From: Eledone cirrhosa
Lineage: Eukaryota
Length of the DNA stretch: 64,000 bases
NCBI GenBank assembly: GCA_964016885.1
Contig: OZ024741.1
Coordinates: forward strand, 177,816,001-177,880,000
Direction of reading: 5' to 3'
Positions 25,108 to 39,449 of the stretch are shown here, in pieces. A model generated the notes under the pieces. The model ran no database searches and had not been told where the DNA came from. It worked only from the letters and a program-made list of their open reading frames with translations. A program made the translations under genes and the position numbers. Numbering within the stretch: the first letter of the stretch is position 1; each line of letters starts with the position of its first letter.

Positions 25108-25110
<3 letters not shown>
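23745..25110. mobile_element. Non-coding HHR-bearing repeat: inverted copy plus 591-bp tandem unit (pLTR/retrozyme-like)
   Basis: 23745-24188 is the reverse complement of 24245-24689; 24183-24520 is repeated at 24774-25110; flanked by (TA)n. Confidence 0.85.
24360..24447 (+). ncRNA. Type I hammerhead, U3:A8 core variant
   Basis: TCCTC-TTGATAA-GTcGGCA...TGCCAC-GAAA-CTACGTAG-TC-GAGGA; identical copy 24951-25038; inverted copy 23986-24073 has CTGATAA. Confidence 0.75.
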
Positions 25111-25175
<65 letters not shown>

Positions 25176-25188
25176 GTGTGTATGTATA

Positions 25189-26002
25189 TCTATATACTAC
25201 TAAAACACTGTTCTTGCGTGCTTGCTCGTCTGTTATGTAATACAGCCAAAGGGCGCATAATGGGTAAATACTTTGAAAGCAAGTTGCCTCTGAAATGGGA
25301 TTACAATTTGAATAAAACAAGTTTCGCGAAAATCTGACCCGGAGTTCCCGAGAATCGCGGATTTTGGGGTTACCTTTGTAAATAGCCACAACGGTGCATA
25401 CTGGAAAAATACCATCGAAATTAACATAGCCCTGCAAAACTTCGTAAATAGCCAAAACATTGCATAATGAGAAAATACTCTGAATAAAACAAGTTTGGCG
25501 TAAATCGCACATGAACAATATTTTCAATTTTCCAAAAATAGCAAGGAATTCATCTAAATTCAATTTGTCTTATTTTATAATGAATATCGAAATAAATAAT
25601 CCATTTGTTTTTTGGTTGTCCATTCTGTAGGCAAGAGAGAGAGGGGGTGAAAGAGAGAAAGAGAGAAGGAGGGTGAGAGAGAGAAAGAGAGAGAGTGAGG
25701 GGATGAGAGAGAGAATAAAGAGATGGGAGAGGGGGGTGACATATAGGGAAAGAGACAACGTCCTTAACTTTCATTTTAACTCTCACCTCTATCCATAACG
25801 TTATTTCCTTCTCTCTCTTTCACATTTCTACTGCCACCGTGTGTATATATATGTGTATGTGTGCCAGTGCATGTGTTTACGTACTTAGAGACATGTGTGC
25901 GTGTATGTGTGTGTAACAGTACTTAAGTTATAGAAAAATATATAAATATGTGTGTGTGTGTGTGTGTGTGTGTGTCTGTGTAACAGTACTTAAGTTAGAG
26001 AC

Positions 26003-26044
<42 letters not shown>

Positions 26045-29000
26045 CTGTGTAACAGTACTTAAGTTAGAGACATATATATATTTGTGTGTGTGTGTGTGTG
26101 TGTAGGATACCTTCGTAAATAGCCAAAACGGTGCATAATGGAAAAATAGCCCTGTAAATAACATAACTAACCCTGAAATGGTGTAAAACAAGTTTGACGT
26201 AAATCGACATAAACTATTTTCATCATTCGAGAAATATTTTTAATAATTATTAAAAAAAGATTTGTCAGTGATTTCAAAACTACAAGTTGTTTGTACTTCA
26301 AGCATCTATATTTGAGCTTTCTTTAAAAAGACGATATTTTATAAAAATACCAGTTGGTTTTAAACGGTAGGTGTTTATATTTTTGCTTTTGTTAAAAGAA
26401 TATTTCAATTATTTAGAAATATTTTAAAGAAAATTTGATTTCACAAGTACCTTTATTTACATAGACAATATGTTCATTTTTTTTAAATTATTTTCGAGTG
26501 AATACGATGGAAAAATATTTTTTGGCATATTTAAAAGATATTCTTAAGTGAAAGTGACTTAAAATAAACAAATTATTTGTACTGTACACTGAGTATATAT
26601 ATTTCAGCTTTCTTTAAACAAAATATTTTAATTATTAATAAGTATTTTTTAAGTGAATATGATTTGAAAAATACAAGTTGTTTAAACAGACAATTTTTCA
26701 TTATTTAGAAATATTTCTAAATGATGATTTAAAAAAAAATATTTATTGAGGTAATAGGAATGTTTTCTAAGGTGAATACGATCTTCGATTCTTCAATAAT
26801 GCCTCGACGAGGAAGAAAGAAAACATCTGGTTGGTCTATCTATAGTGGAAAGAAAGCACGGCTAAGGAGAGCCAAAGAAGGTGAGCAAGATAGTGGTAAA
26901 CGCCAACAAGATCGGAACAGGCATACGAATAGAAGGATCGATGAGACTGATAAAGCAAGGGCTGTGCGTCTGACGGAACAGAGGGAAAGAGAAAGAAGCA
27001 GGAGAGATCATGAATCGGACGCTCCGAGAACTGAACATATTTGCCAACAAACCATTAGGGATAGAGCAAGGACAGTTCAACGACGTGATTCTCTGCTGAT
27101 GTTGGACAGATGAATAAGATCTGTGTCTGTTGTCATGCAATGCTTTTTCATGGTGAAACTGCTAACTTTTGCTGTATGAATGGAACAGTCAGGCTGGGGA
27201 ATCTGCAGCCTTTACCCCAGGAACTTCACAGTTTATTTAGTACTGATCAACCTAGGGCAAACGAGTTCAGGAAGAAAATCCGACAATACAACTGCCTGTT
27301 CAAAATGACATCTTTTGGGGTCGAAGAAGTTCGTTCCTCAAGGAGTGGATGGAATCAGTCAATCGTTATTCATGGACAAATTCACCATTACATCTGTTCC
27401 TTAACCCCTAATCCCAACGAACAACCCCAATTTGTTCAAATTTACCTCTTGGATCCTGAGGATAGTGTTGATTTGAGGATCAGGATACTCCATAACGATG
27501 GTATTCAGCGCGACATAGTTGGATTTTTGGAAATAATACTCAGACAATATAACCCTTACCTTGGTTCATTTCGAATGGCAAAAGAACAAATTAAAAATAT
27601 TCCCGCTGATTAAAAATATTGTTCCTGATAGGAGACCAGCAATGGAACATGAGAGAAGATTCAATGCACAAACTGCAAACGAAGTTGCCTTTATTATACA
27701 AAACAGCACCGAACTTCAAGCAAAAGCACGTCACATTGTGTTGAAAGAAAAAGGCGGACAATTGCAAATAATCTCAGAGTCCCATCGGTCTTATGACAGT
27801 TTGCAGTATGTTCTATTTTTTCCTTTTGGCGATAACGGATGGCATCATGGGCTGTTACTGAGCAGCAACAAGAAGTTGGCGCCAATGCGCTACTATGCCT
27901 ATCGAATAATGAACCATGAGAATGAATTCAACCAACTTCTCAGAAGCGGTCGTTCGTTTCAGCAATATTTGGTTGATATGGCTGCGAAGATTGAAGGAGA
28001 TAGACTGCAATACATCCGAATGAATCAAACATCATTGCGATCTACAATATACAAGGGCCTTACTGACGCATTGAATGATGATGATGATTTTTGCAATATT
28101 GGCAGGCGAATCATACTCTCTTCCACATGTGTCGGTGATATATGATGGAGCGATGCCCGGATGCCATGATGTACATACGGAAGTACGGAAATCCTTCGTT
28201 CTTCATCACAATCACATGCAATCCAAACTGGCCTGAAATCCGGCAAAACCTATTCCTGAATCAGAAGCCACACGGCAGGCCAGATTTAATTGTCAGAGTA
28301 TTTGACCTGAAACGGAAACTGTTAAGAAAGAATCTTACTGGAGTAGATGGCCTATTTGGCAAGTGCATTGCTTACGTGCTGACAGTTAAATATCAAAGGT
28401 GAGGTCTTCCTCATGTGCACTGTTTGCTATGGCTCAATGAAGCCTCCAAGCCCAGACCACAGGAATATGATAAATTTATTCAAGCCGAAATACCAGATCC
28501 AAACAAAGATCCAGAGGGTCATGAATTGGTGCTGAAGCACATGATCCACGGTCCGAATTGCTCTAACAATTCGCCGTGTTGGAAAGATGGAACGTGCAGT
28601 AAGCGGAAGCCTAAGCCTTTCAATGAATATACATTGTGTGGAGAGGACTCTTATCCTGTGTACAGAAGACGGTCTCCAGGAATGGGAGGATTTGAGGTGC
28701 ACCAAGAAGGAAGGGGAAACCGAAATATAACTTCGCAATGGGTGGTTCCCTACAATATGAAACTATTAAAACTGTTCAACTGCCACCTAAACGTAGAGAT
28801 GTACTCTTCCGTGAAATCGATCAAATACGTTATCAAATATACCATGAAGGGCAGTGATCAGGTAATGTTTGGAGTGAACAGGGAAGATGAGATAATACAG
28901 TATTTAACAGGAAGATATATCGATATATCGGTCCTTCAGAAGCTGTTGCCTTGGTACTTGGATTTCCAATCCATGAGAGAGAACTGGCCGTAGTTCACCT

Positions 29001-31918
29001 TCAAGTTCAACTACCTGGGGAAAATAAAATCTTCTTTCGGGTCAATGCTGCTGTTAAAGTAAACAGTAGCATGGCTAAGACGACTCTGAATGATCGCAAT
29101 CCGTTTGCAAAAACATTGTATTATGCCGATGTGCTAAAGTTTTACACTTGAAGTAATAAGAGATGGGAAAGGAGAAAGGTGGGGAACAGTTGAGCAGTAT
29201 CCAGCGATTTTTGAGGCGAACGTTTTGGGACGAGTATACACTGTTTCTCCACGAAATGGTGACCTGTATTATTTAAGACTCCTTCTGCATCATGTCAAAG
29301 GGCCAGTATCCTTTAATGTGAAAGTGTGTGATGGAGAACGTCTGCAGAGAAAAAGGTTTGCTTCAATCGAATGATCATTGGCAGCAGAATCTGGAAGATG
29401 CTGAGCGAACAAGGCTTCCCAAAGCCATGAGAGATCTATTCATCGTGCTCCTCATAAATACGGAAATTGACAATTCCAGTGCTTTATGGGCTCGATTTAA
29501 GCATTGGCTGTCTAGGGATTACCTTCAAATAGAAAAAAGGGCTACCAGAAACTCTAACCTTTTTATTAGCGAGAGACACTATGATCAATGTCTTCTGTAT
29601 TTTGAAGACAAACTTAACGACCTGGACAAAAGTCTTAGTGACTTTAACTTGCCAAGGCCAAATAATATTGTTGCTAATCAGGATATTGCCAATTTGGAGT
29701 TATTGCATGAATTGAAATACACCAGAGAAGAGCAGCAACTATTTGTAGAACAGACGGAGCCGCTATTGAATAGTGAACAAACACACGTGCACGACTTCGT
29801 TTGTAACAGTTTAGAGACGAACACATTGATTTTCTTTCACGCTCCAGGTGGAACAGGAAAGACCTTCCTGATTAACTTAATTCTTTCAAAAGTCAGGGGA
29901 AACAGCGACGTGGCTATTGCTGTTGCGTCATCTGGCATTGCCGCAACACTGATGCCTTGTGTAAGAACAGCGCATTCTAGGTTCAAAATACCGATAGTAG
30001 TGAAAGAAAATGGTCTGTGTAACATTGATAAAAACTCAAAGACGGCAAAGCTCTTCCAGAATTCAAGGCTGATTGTTTAGGATGAGTGTCCCATGATTCG
30101 GAGGGAAAGCTTCGAAGCTGTTGACTTATATCTGCGTGACATATGCGACAACAATGAGGCATTTGGTGGGATTTCGACAATTTGCTGTGGCGATTTCCGT
30201 CAGCTTTTTCCGGTAGTGAAAAGGGGAAATGAAGCGGACGTGGAAAACGCCTGCATTAAAAGATCCTACTTATGGCGAAGCTTCAAAAGATTTCAGTTGA
30301 AGACAAACATGCGACTGGGTGGGGGAGCAGGAGACTATTCACAGTTCCTATTGGATATTGGAGAAGATAAGAATAAAAAACTAAAAATATGGAAATTATT
30401 TTGCCAGAAGAAATGGTTCTCCAAGCAACAACTATGGAAGAATGTATTGATTTCATCTACCCCTCATTCGACAATCCAGCTGAAGTGTTTTCGAACAATT
30501 GCATATTAGTACCTCTCAATGAAATGATGAGAAGCATCAATTCCACCTGTATCAGACGCTTCCCTGGAACCATAAAAGAGTATCGATCCTATAATTCTGT
30601 AAGTGATGGTGCCAATGCCACTCATTTCCCGACTGAATTCCTTGATTTGGTTGAACTATCAGGACTGCCACCACATAACCTGGAATTGAAAAAAGGATCG
30701 CCAATAATTCTTATGAGAAACTTGAATCCTCCAAGGCTTTGTTATGGAAAGCGCATGATCGTGGAAGAACTGCACGACAATCTCATAGTAGCAATAATCA
30801 ACACTGCTGCTTTCAGAAATGAGATCGTTATGATACCTAGAATAAGAATTAATCTATCCGAAGGTGAGGATATCCCTTTGCAGCGAAGCCAATTCCCAGT
30901 TCAATCGTGCTTCGCTATGACTATTCTTAAAGCACAAGGACAAACTATGGAAAACCTCTTGGTTTATCTGGAACGACCTGTATTCCAACACGGTCAACTG
31001 TATGTAGCCCTTAGCCGCGGAAAACGAAAAGAAAATGTCAGAGTGTTTCTGAAGGATACCCAGTGAACTAAGAATGTTGTCATCAAAAGCATCCTTTTGA
31101 ACAAACTGTAACAGCGTAAATATGAGAAAATGTTGATTCCGACGTCAGAAAATGAAAGGAAAAGGAAAATCTAAGACAAGTAAGAATAATTTCTTTCAAA
31201 TTTTTGTAAATAAGACCAGCTTTTTAAGCAGAAAAATATTTCAGAACAAACAGTCAAGCATCCATAGAGATATAGAAGAAATGATTTTGAAATAGAGTGA
31301 TTGGATAGCTATTAGTGAAAAATGATTTGATATTGTCTTTGTGAAAATACTTGTGAATAATACAGTGAAAAGACAAGTTTCGCGTAAATCTGACCACGGG
31401 ATCCCGAGATTCGCGGATTTTTTTCGGATACCTTTATAAATAGCCAAATCAGTGCATAATGGGAAAATACTATGAAAGTAAGGTACCATTGAAATGTGAA
31501 TACAAACGCAGATACTGGTTGTGAAAGAGAGAGAGAGAGGGAGAGAACTGGTGGTGTTGTTGAATGAAATTATGACAGGTGACTTCAAAGAATCGAATAC
31601 AGCATTACTGTATCTAGACTTGAATTTGGTGACTGAATATTAAGTTATATGTATCTTATAACTTATGTTAGGACAGGATGTATGTGTGTTGTGTGTGTGT
31701 GCGTGTGTGACCAGTGTATATAGGCCACAGACACCCACACACACAAACACACACACATATATATATACACGTACATATATACACACACACACACACACAT
31801 GCACGTATATATATTGGCTTTCCAATGTCATTTTACATTATATACATTTTGTGTATATTTTAATTATTTAAAAATTATTTTTAAGTGAACATGACCCAAC
31901 GGGTCACGGGTGGTCTAG
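25189..31918 (+). mobile_element. Full-length decayed autonomous Helitron
   Basis: 5' A|TCTATATACTACTAAAAC; 3' hairpin TGACCCaacGGGTCA (31892-31906) then CTAG|T; RepHel ORF fragments inside. Confidence 0.92.
26799..31100 (+). pseudogene. Helitron RepHel (STPR-like repeat, Zn finger, HUH Rep, Pif1 helicase), disrupted
   Basis: CVCCHA...FCCMNG; FFITITCNPNWPEI; GLPHVHCLLW; YVIKYTMKG; APGGTGKT; DECPM; GDFRQL; FAMTILKAQGQT; HGQLYVALSR across frameshifted ORFs. Confidence 0.95.
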
Positions 31919-32183
31919 TATATATATAAATGTATGCGTGTATATATACATATATTTTTATATATTGGTGTCTGTGATCTATATATACCGGTCATAGGCA
32001 CACGGACACATACACATACATATATACAGTATATATACATTCACACTCACACACACACATATATATATATGCACAACAACAACACCACCATCTCTCCCTC
32101 TCTCTCTTCCATTCTCCTTCTCTGTCTCCTCTCCCTTTTCTATGTCTACTTTCTCACAACCACTATCTCTTTCTCTCTCTCTC

Positions 32184-32250
<67 letters not shown>

Positions 32251-33449
32251 CTGAGAGGTACCGGGAAAAAACCCATATCTCGGGAACACGTGCTCCTATT
32301 TACTCGAAACTTGTTTTATTCCATGTTTATTCCCATTTCAGGGACAACTTCCTTTCAAAGAAGTTTCCAATATGCGCCCTTTTGTCTGTATTACATTGTA
32401 GAGAAGCAAGTAAGCAAACAATCACAGAGTTTTAGTAGCATATAGATATATATTTCGCTGGTGGATTTATATTAATTTTAATATTTGATTAATAAGAAGG
32501 AACTCATGCATCCATGCTATAATTACACATATATACATATATATGAAATTCCATTATCAAGCAGATGGAGATCACAAATCCAAATGGTTAACATGGGAAA
32601 AGCTTGATGTTCATTAAAGCCATCGCAAGTCACGAAGAATTAAAACACATAATAATGGTTTCTGACTTTGGTTCAAGGTCAACATTTGTTTTTTGTTTTG
32701 TGGGGGTGGGTGGGGTCGCTTAAATCTATCTCAGTGCATAACTGATACTTTAGTTTATCAATATATGGAGGAAAGACAAAGCTAACTTCGAATTCAGAAA
32801 GTAAATTGACTTAAGTATATACTGCAAAGCATTTTGTCCGAAACTCTACTGATACTGCCCTTTAAACGCGTAATAATACAATGCACCAGTAGACATGCCT
32901 TGACCACTTTCAAACATTCTTAGAACGAATCTTATTAGCGGGGAACCAGGTTATTCTAAACTGAAAACTGTATAACAAAACCTCAATCAGAACTTAAACT
33001 TGCAAGAAAAGCTTGCAGGAATTTAAATAACTTGGACCGAATAAAGAATCACCAGATGTTATAAAATGATGTAATCTCAATTTGATCCTTTTTCAGTTTG
33101 AGATCTAATTGCTGAAGAATAACGAATAGCCGGTAAAATAGAGAGAAAGTGAAATTCTTCTTCTGCCTAACTCTGTGGATATTGAAGTTACATGGTCTTA
33201 CAAAGGAATGCATATTATCGACAGTGGAAAATCTTGTCAACATAACAGTGTTTTATCGTAGTCAATCTGAGATAGATAAGTATTTACGACCAACTCCGAA
33301 TGAATGAAGTCATGGTTGCCATATTTGTCGCATGTAACATAATGGGTTAAACATCTTTATAGAAAGGATATTATATTCTATGTTGAATTCAAAACGGTTT
33401 TTACTCCATACACGGAGACAACAATGATGATAGAGAAAGCGTACAATGT

Positions 33450-34330
33450 CAATGGAGATGTTGAGAGCTATTAGCAAAATGAACGAGTGACCAAAACTTA
33501 CGAAACCATAAATATATTCAGATGGTGAATTTAATTAATTTGACATCAATGTTGACAGACTTGGAGGAGATAGACAGGCTCTTCATCTCCTCGCCATGCA
33601 ACCAACCATCATTGATAGAGAATAGAAAATCAGATTACAGAGTTATCGTCAAATAAGGTGGAACGTGTAAGCCATAGTTATAATCGACTATGACTTGGCT
33701 GATGATCTGCCAATACAGCAGAAACGCATCAAGCCCATGTAGTGCTTTTGAGAATTGAGAATGAAACAAATGAACTGCCAAAATACCGAAATCCAAGTTT
33801 TTAATTAACAAACACCAGGGACGTTTTGAAGATGGTAAACAACAATTTAAATAACTGGGAGGATAGATAGAGGCGTCGAAAATTAAGGATATCGCTTGCA
33901 TGGATTGATTGCAATAAGATGATGAAAATAAAAAAAAGCAAAAAAAACTATGTGCAACACTGGAATCAAGCTTGTTGTACGCATCAGAAATTTGAAAAAT
34001 CACAGAAGCACAGATGAAGCCACTAGATGTGTGCTACACACATATGCCTCGTATGGCAACAGAAGCCTCAGGTCAGGAGCAGACTTAAATTAAAGAATTT
34101 ATAAGGATCACCTAAAGAATGAGACTCGGTGATCACCGCATACCTCATGAGGAAATCGGAGGCAAGGGGTTGCTCTGGAAGCAAACAAAAGAAAGAGCAC
34201 ATCTAGACAAGTGGAGCGTCACCTACATGTAAATTCTTTTCCGAGTCATTGGAGAGGCCGACACAGAAGAGCTGAAGATATAATTGATGGACAGGGCGGA
34301 ACGGAAGAAGCATGGGTCGTCCTGGAGAAA
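33450..34330 (+). mobile_element. Highly decayed RTE-clade LINE RT/C-terminus
   Basis: Residual DLADD, FK*LG and LESSLLYASE...LDVCYTHMPRMA motifs. Confidence 0.6.
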
Positions 34331-35800
34331 TGGCATTGGAAAAAAGTATGGAAAGAAAACTTAGCCACTCGGAGATTTGACCGCAGAGCACAGAATAAGA
34401 GAATTAATACATCACAGTGTCATTCTCTCCGCCACCGTAATACCACTATCAATTCCCCGTCTATTAGCCACAGTAAGTTGGTAGAGGTTAGCAGTTCAGT
34501 TTCGACGAAAGGTCAGTGATTCTCATGACACTTGCATCGTCACAGGAATGCCGACGCAATTTTTTTTTTATGTTGTGTCCTTTTTTATTTTTCCTTATCT
34601 TTCAGACTAGTGTGAATCAATCTGGTAATTCATGTGATCGTAATTCTTTAAAATAAGCTGAAATTGTTCATTGAATAATGTTTTCTGTTGTCCAAAATTT
34701 CCTATTCAGATCTTTTGTATTTTAATCAAGAATGTTGTTAGAAGGATCATTTGCACATGAATAGCTTAGAAATAAAACGTGAAACTACTCAAAATTTAGA
34801 TTAATAGATTAATCTTTTTGAGAGAGATTCAATTTATTCACGATGCAAATATATACAGATTATATAAGGATTACTTCAGGAAAAGAAAAATATGCGAAGG
34901 AATTTAAAATCTCCAGCTTTTTTGAATTATTGTTGAATGTTATAATTCATTTTTTTTAGCATTTATTTGTTTTAAATATATTTTATAAAATAGAATTATT
35001 ATATAGTAATTTCAGGAAGATGTCAATTAAAAAAAAAAAAACTTGTTCAAGTCATTTCATGAACAAATGGTCTTTGAATAGTTAGAGAAGGGGCTTTCGG
35101 TGGTTAATGTGATTGTAGTTGATATAAAACGAAAGTAGAAGTCATTCCTAGATTTGCTCTTCTGGAAGGGACGTGTTGGGAAATGCTATGGATTAGATCT
35201 AGAGAACGAAATCTGATATCTAGTAAAGGTTATTTGATGACATACACAATCTGATACTGGTAAATATGTAGTCTGATAGTTATATATATAAGCTACCTCC
35301 GTGAGGATTGATCATTTATCAAAAGTACGTTAAATATGCGTTTCTAACAGCTTCACTGTCTCATACATATTAATCGAAGGCATTTACCTTGATAATTACC
35401 ATCAAAACGCACCTTACATACATATACCAGATAGTATATGGGTAATGATGGAACGGATTTGATCCATGGTTAAGTACTGTGCGGGACATATCTTGAAATG
35501 CCACATCAATTCAGCGCTTCAGAAACGTTCCAATATGATACATTACTAACGTAATGTTGCATTACACATGGATATAAGATTTCCTATTCTGCATAGGAAA
35601 ATAATTTTAATAAATCAAAAGAAGAATATACTGAGAAACGGGAATTTGTACAAGCACGTTTACTAAGTTTATAAAACCAATCTTTCATTGTCTTATTTAT
35701 TTTAGCATATATCATTATAAATGCTGAGGGAAACTCTATAGAAATGAGAAAAAAATATTTTCATTCGGCACCAAATGCTTTCAAAACATTTTCTGTCTTA

Positions 35801-35955
35801 CACAGTATCTTTTGGAAATCATCTCTGAACAATCCAGGCAAGTATCCATCTTTAAAAAGAAACGATGAAAGTTCAGGTATTCCTTCAACAAATGATGTCT
35901 CGCGAAAGAAATAAACATTTGGGGTTTTATTTGAAAATGGAGCGGTAACATGGTG
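35801..35955 (-). other. Candidate host exon (unassigned)
   Basis: Polypyrimidine acceptor ttttgtgtttcccatag, open frame HHVTAPFSNKTPNVYFFRETSFVEGIPELSSFLFKDGYLPGLFRDDFQKIL, donor gtaaga; product not recognised. Confidence 0.3.
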
Positions 35956-36606
35956 ACTATGGGAAACACAAAATCAACATTTTTATCGAATACAAAATCT
36001 GTGGCAAAACATTAAGAACATTATTTTAAGATTACCTCAATGTATCTAGTGTTTGCTACACATTGCACGTTTCAGAAGTATAAATACCAAATTACACGCG
36101 ATTAGGCAACAACGGCTCCAGATCGACACTGATATTATTTCAGTTATAGTCGAAGGATGGGAAGACTCGTTAGAGTTTCGTATTTAATTATTTGCGGAAA
36201 TTAGTTACACCTTCTGATTTCGAGTCGCAACGTGCTGAAATTTGCCTTTCATCTTCTGAAATATAAGGTACAACTTATGTACTTTATCCGTTGTAACATC
36301 AAAATGTTTCATATCTTAGCAATGAAGATTAGTTATTCTTAAATGAACATCAATTATTTTATTCAAACTTTTGAAAGGATACGATTATATGTTGTGAAAA
36401 ATAATCATGTTTGCATGAAAAAAAAACCCATTTTATTGAAACATTACATAACATGAAATACTTTATCCTGTTGTCAGTGAATTATAATTTAGACTAAAAC
36501 AGGTATATATTATATGTAATGTTTCTATACGAGACATATAACCTTCCAATTGCGGTTAGGTACTGCTCAGAACCTGAACATCATTATGAGAAAGAAATAC
36601 ATTGAC

Positions 36607-36797
36607 GGCGGTGGATTGGCAGTATCGATAGAGGGTCGGACGCCATCCTTTGCAGCAAAGAGTTACGGCCCTTTATGGTCCGAGTTCAAATCCCGCCGAG
36701 GTTAACTTTGCCTTTCATCCTTACGGGGTCGATAAAATAAAGTACCAGTAATATACTGGGTAATTGCTGGCCTTGTACCAAAAGTAGAAACAATTAT
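36607..36797 (+). mobile_element. tRNA-derived SINE with TSD
   Basis: Full copy with boxes A and B; AAAGAAATACATT at 36591-36603 and 36801-36813. Confidence 0.88.
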
Positions 36798-39449
36798 GAT
36801 AAAGAAATACATTTGTTCTATATCTTGTTATATGTGCTACGCATTTCAAATAACTATTTGTTGAGGAGATCTAAGTTGTATAGACAGACACCTGCAGACA
36901 TTATGTTCAAATCCCTTCGAAATCAACTTTAACTATTCTAATATCCACAGAATATAGTAAATTACAATTTCAGAATTAATTATAATTGATTAGACCACTC
37001 CATCAAGAATTGCAGAATGTGCCAATGCCCGAACTATTTTACGTACATATAGAATGTTAAAGTTACATCTTGTGTTACATCCTTTTCCACCAGTTTGTAT
37101 ATATTTTCGAGATGTATAAGTATATACGGTTTGTTATAAGCCTGGTCGATGGTGGTTTCTGGCGGCCTGTACTGTTTAGGTGTGAGTACAACGCCAGTTA
37201 CGTAATGGGGTTGTAGAAGGGACGTAAATCAACAGCTAAATCCCGATGAAGTTCATCATCCTATGCCAGTAATCGGAAAGGTTTGGGTTTTGTAAAGGAG
37301 GCGTTTAAACGTAGATTATGACTGATACGGTACGGTTTTGTAGATCATGTTTAGCGTTTTCTTGGGTTCGTAGATAACTTTGTCTGTTGCATGTTTGATA
37401 CTTTATGCTCTCTACATTAATGTTCCTGTGTTTACAATATACGTAGTTGGAATGTTTATCTACCCACCCCGATATATCACTATACACACAATTTATTATA
37501 TCAAGAGAGTGAGGCAAACAATGTAAAGCGTGCTTTAAAAATGAGTAAGACTATGTAAGAGATAAATGAATCCTCTGACATGAATCCTCAACTTTCAAGG
37601 AAACACATCCAAATCCGAGATGAGGATGTTAATATGTGCGACGGTTTAAATGTCAAACCAGAACAAGAAAAATGTTTCTGCACTTCTACAAATATTGACA
37701 ACACAAATTTAATCAGCCCATAGCGTGACTACAAGACACTTGCCTAAGGGGCTGCACAGCAGGAATGAGTCAGGAGTCATATCATTGTGAAGCATTCCTT
37801 TCACCTGTGAAAGCATAACTGAATAAACGAATGAATCTAAAAGGGGTTAGGAACGTGAAAGCTGAGTTCGATCAAATCAAAGTTCATTTCTTAAAAAGCC
37901 TCACAATTCTTCTCAATATAGGATAACTGAATTCATCTGAGCATCCAATTTTACATGTATTTCCTTAACTCCTAATTCGCAAAATGTTGATAGCAAAACA
38001 AGTGGAATAGTTTTTATCTCATTTTCTGAAATCATCGGCGTATTATTCGTTTTTTTTTCTGTAAGCTGTGATCATTATTCACCTGCTGTGTTGTTTTGAT
38101 AAGTTTATCTTAATGTAAGGTTTATAGAAGGCAAACCTACTGTCTTCATCACTGTCAAAATGTCTAAATCATATATTAAAACGTGATAGATAGCCTCTAA
38201 GAAACAATCTAATGGGATACATGAGACTTCTTTTTTTTTTGTCTTTTGTACTAAAAACAGAAACCGCATAATACACAAAATGATTTCTTACAGTACATAC
38301 AATACCACCAAATTTTAAGAGAAGAAAGTTTTAGGTTTTAGTGATCAATACATCTCCAGAATATACATATTGTTATGTCGCAAAGAAAATACATTACAAT
38401 TTGCGTGTTTCTAAAGTTATAAATAATTATAGCCTGTTTCATCTGTAGCAAACGATGACTGAAAAACAAAACTTCATTTATTTATAAAACTATACAATTA
38501 CAAAGTACATCGTAACAGTAGGCCACAGAATAGGTAGTTTGCTATGAAAACTGGAAGGGATGGATAGAATCTGGTGTCATTGTTGAAGCCTTATTCACAT
38601 CGCGAAATGTATATTAGAATTATTAATAATATTAATATAAAGTGTGGTTTACTCATGCGTGGAGATTCTATAACATATCGTATAAAATAGGGTGAAGACC
38701 ACCGTGAACGACAGAGTAAAAGACAATAAAAGTTTTGATGGTTCCTTGGCTTAATGGATCAAAGTGCCTATCTTGGGAGATTTTGATGCTTCGTAACGGC
38801 CGATGGCAAACTTTTCCCCGTATTTAAGAGTCTTAATCCCATGTTTATCTTATTGTTCAGCATCTGGGCGCTTCAAAAACCCGCTCACTATATTAAATTT
38901 GCAAAGGTTTAGTAAACGAAATAAATATATATACTTTTTCTTTTCTTAGAACACATTGATCTGAAGCATTATTTCCCAAAGTGGATTTCGGTTTACGCTA
39001 AGATGTTCCTAAAAAAAAGTGTTTAGCTCGGCAAAAATCTTAACTTTGTGGTCAAGCAGTACGTTTCGCTACGACGTTGTTTCGAGCTCACTACGGATGA
39101 ATACACCAGCGTCAAGTAGTGATCTCTACTATAGCCTCGAATCAACCAATAGGTCCTCAGGGGAATTTTTTTAACAGGACTGCATAAGATATATTTTTTT
39201 ATTGTACTGGTTTCAGTCCATGTTAGAACAACGTGTATATGTATGGGTGTATATTCGTCCCGTAATTCAGAGCTTCAACAAATAGAGGTCGATAAAATAT
39301 GTACCTGACTTGAAAATAAACATTATTCCTAGAGATAGTGGTCAATATGAAAGTTTAACTACATTTATAGGTTTTAGTCATTAGAATGCGACCATGATAT
39401 TTCGCAGCTATAAGTGTAGTTAGACTTTCATAATGACCAGTATCTCTAG

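Larger units (their letters stand above)
23627..32446 (-). mobile_element. Older non-autonomous Helitron split by nested insertions
   Basis: Minus-strand 5' end A|TCTATATGCTACTAAAAC at 32446 and 3' end GTGACCCAATGGATCAT...CTGG|T at 23627, each homologous to the termini of the inner Helitron. Confidence 0.65.

Noticed and set aside
39060-39165. Minus-strand CTGAGGA...GAAACAACGTC hammerhead candidate
   Set aside because: Neither stem I nor stem II can pair
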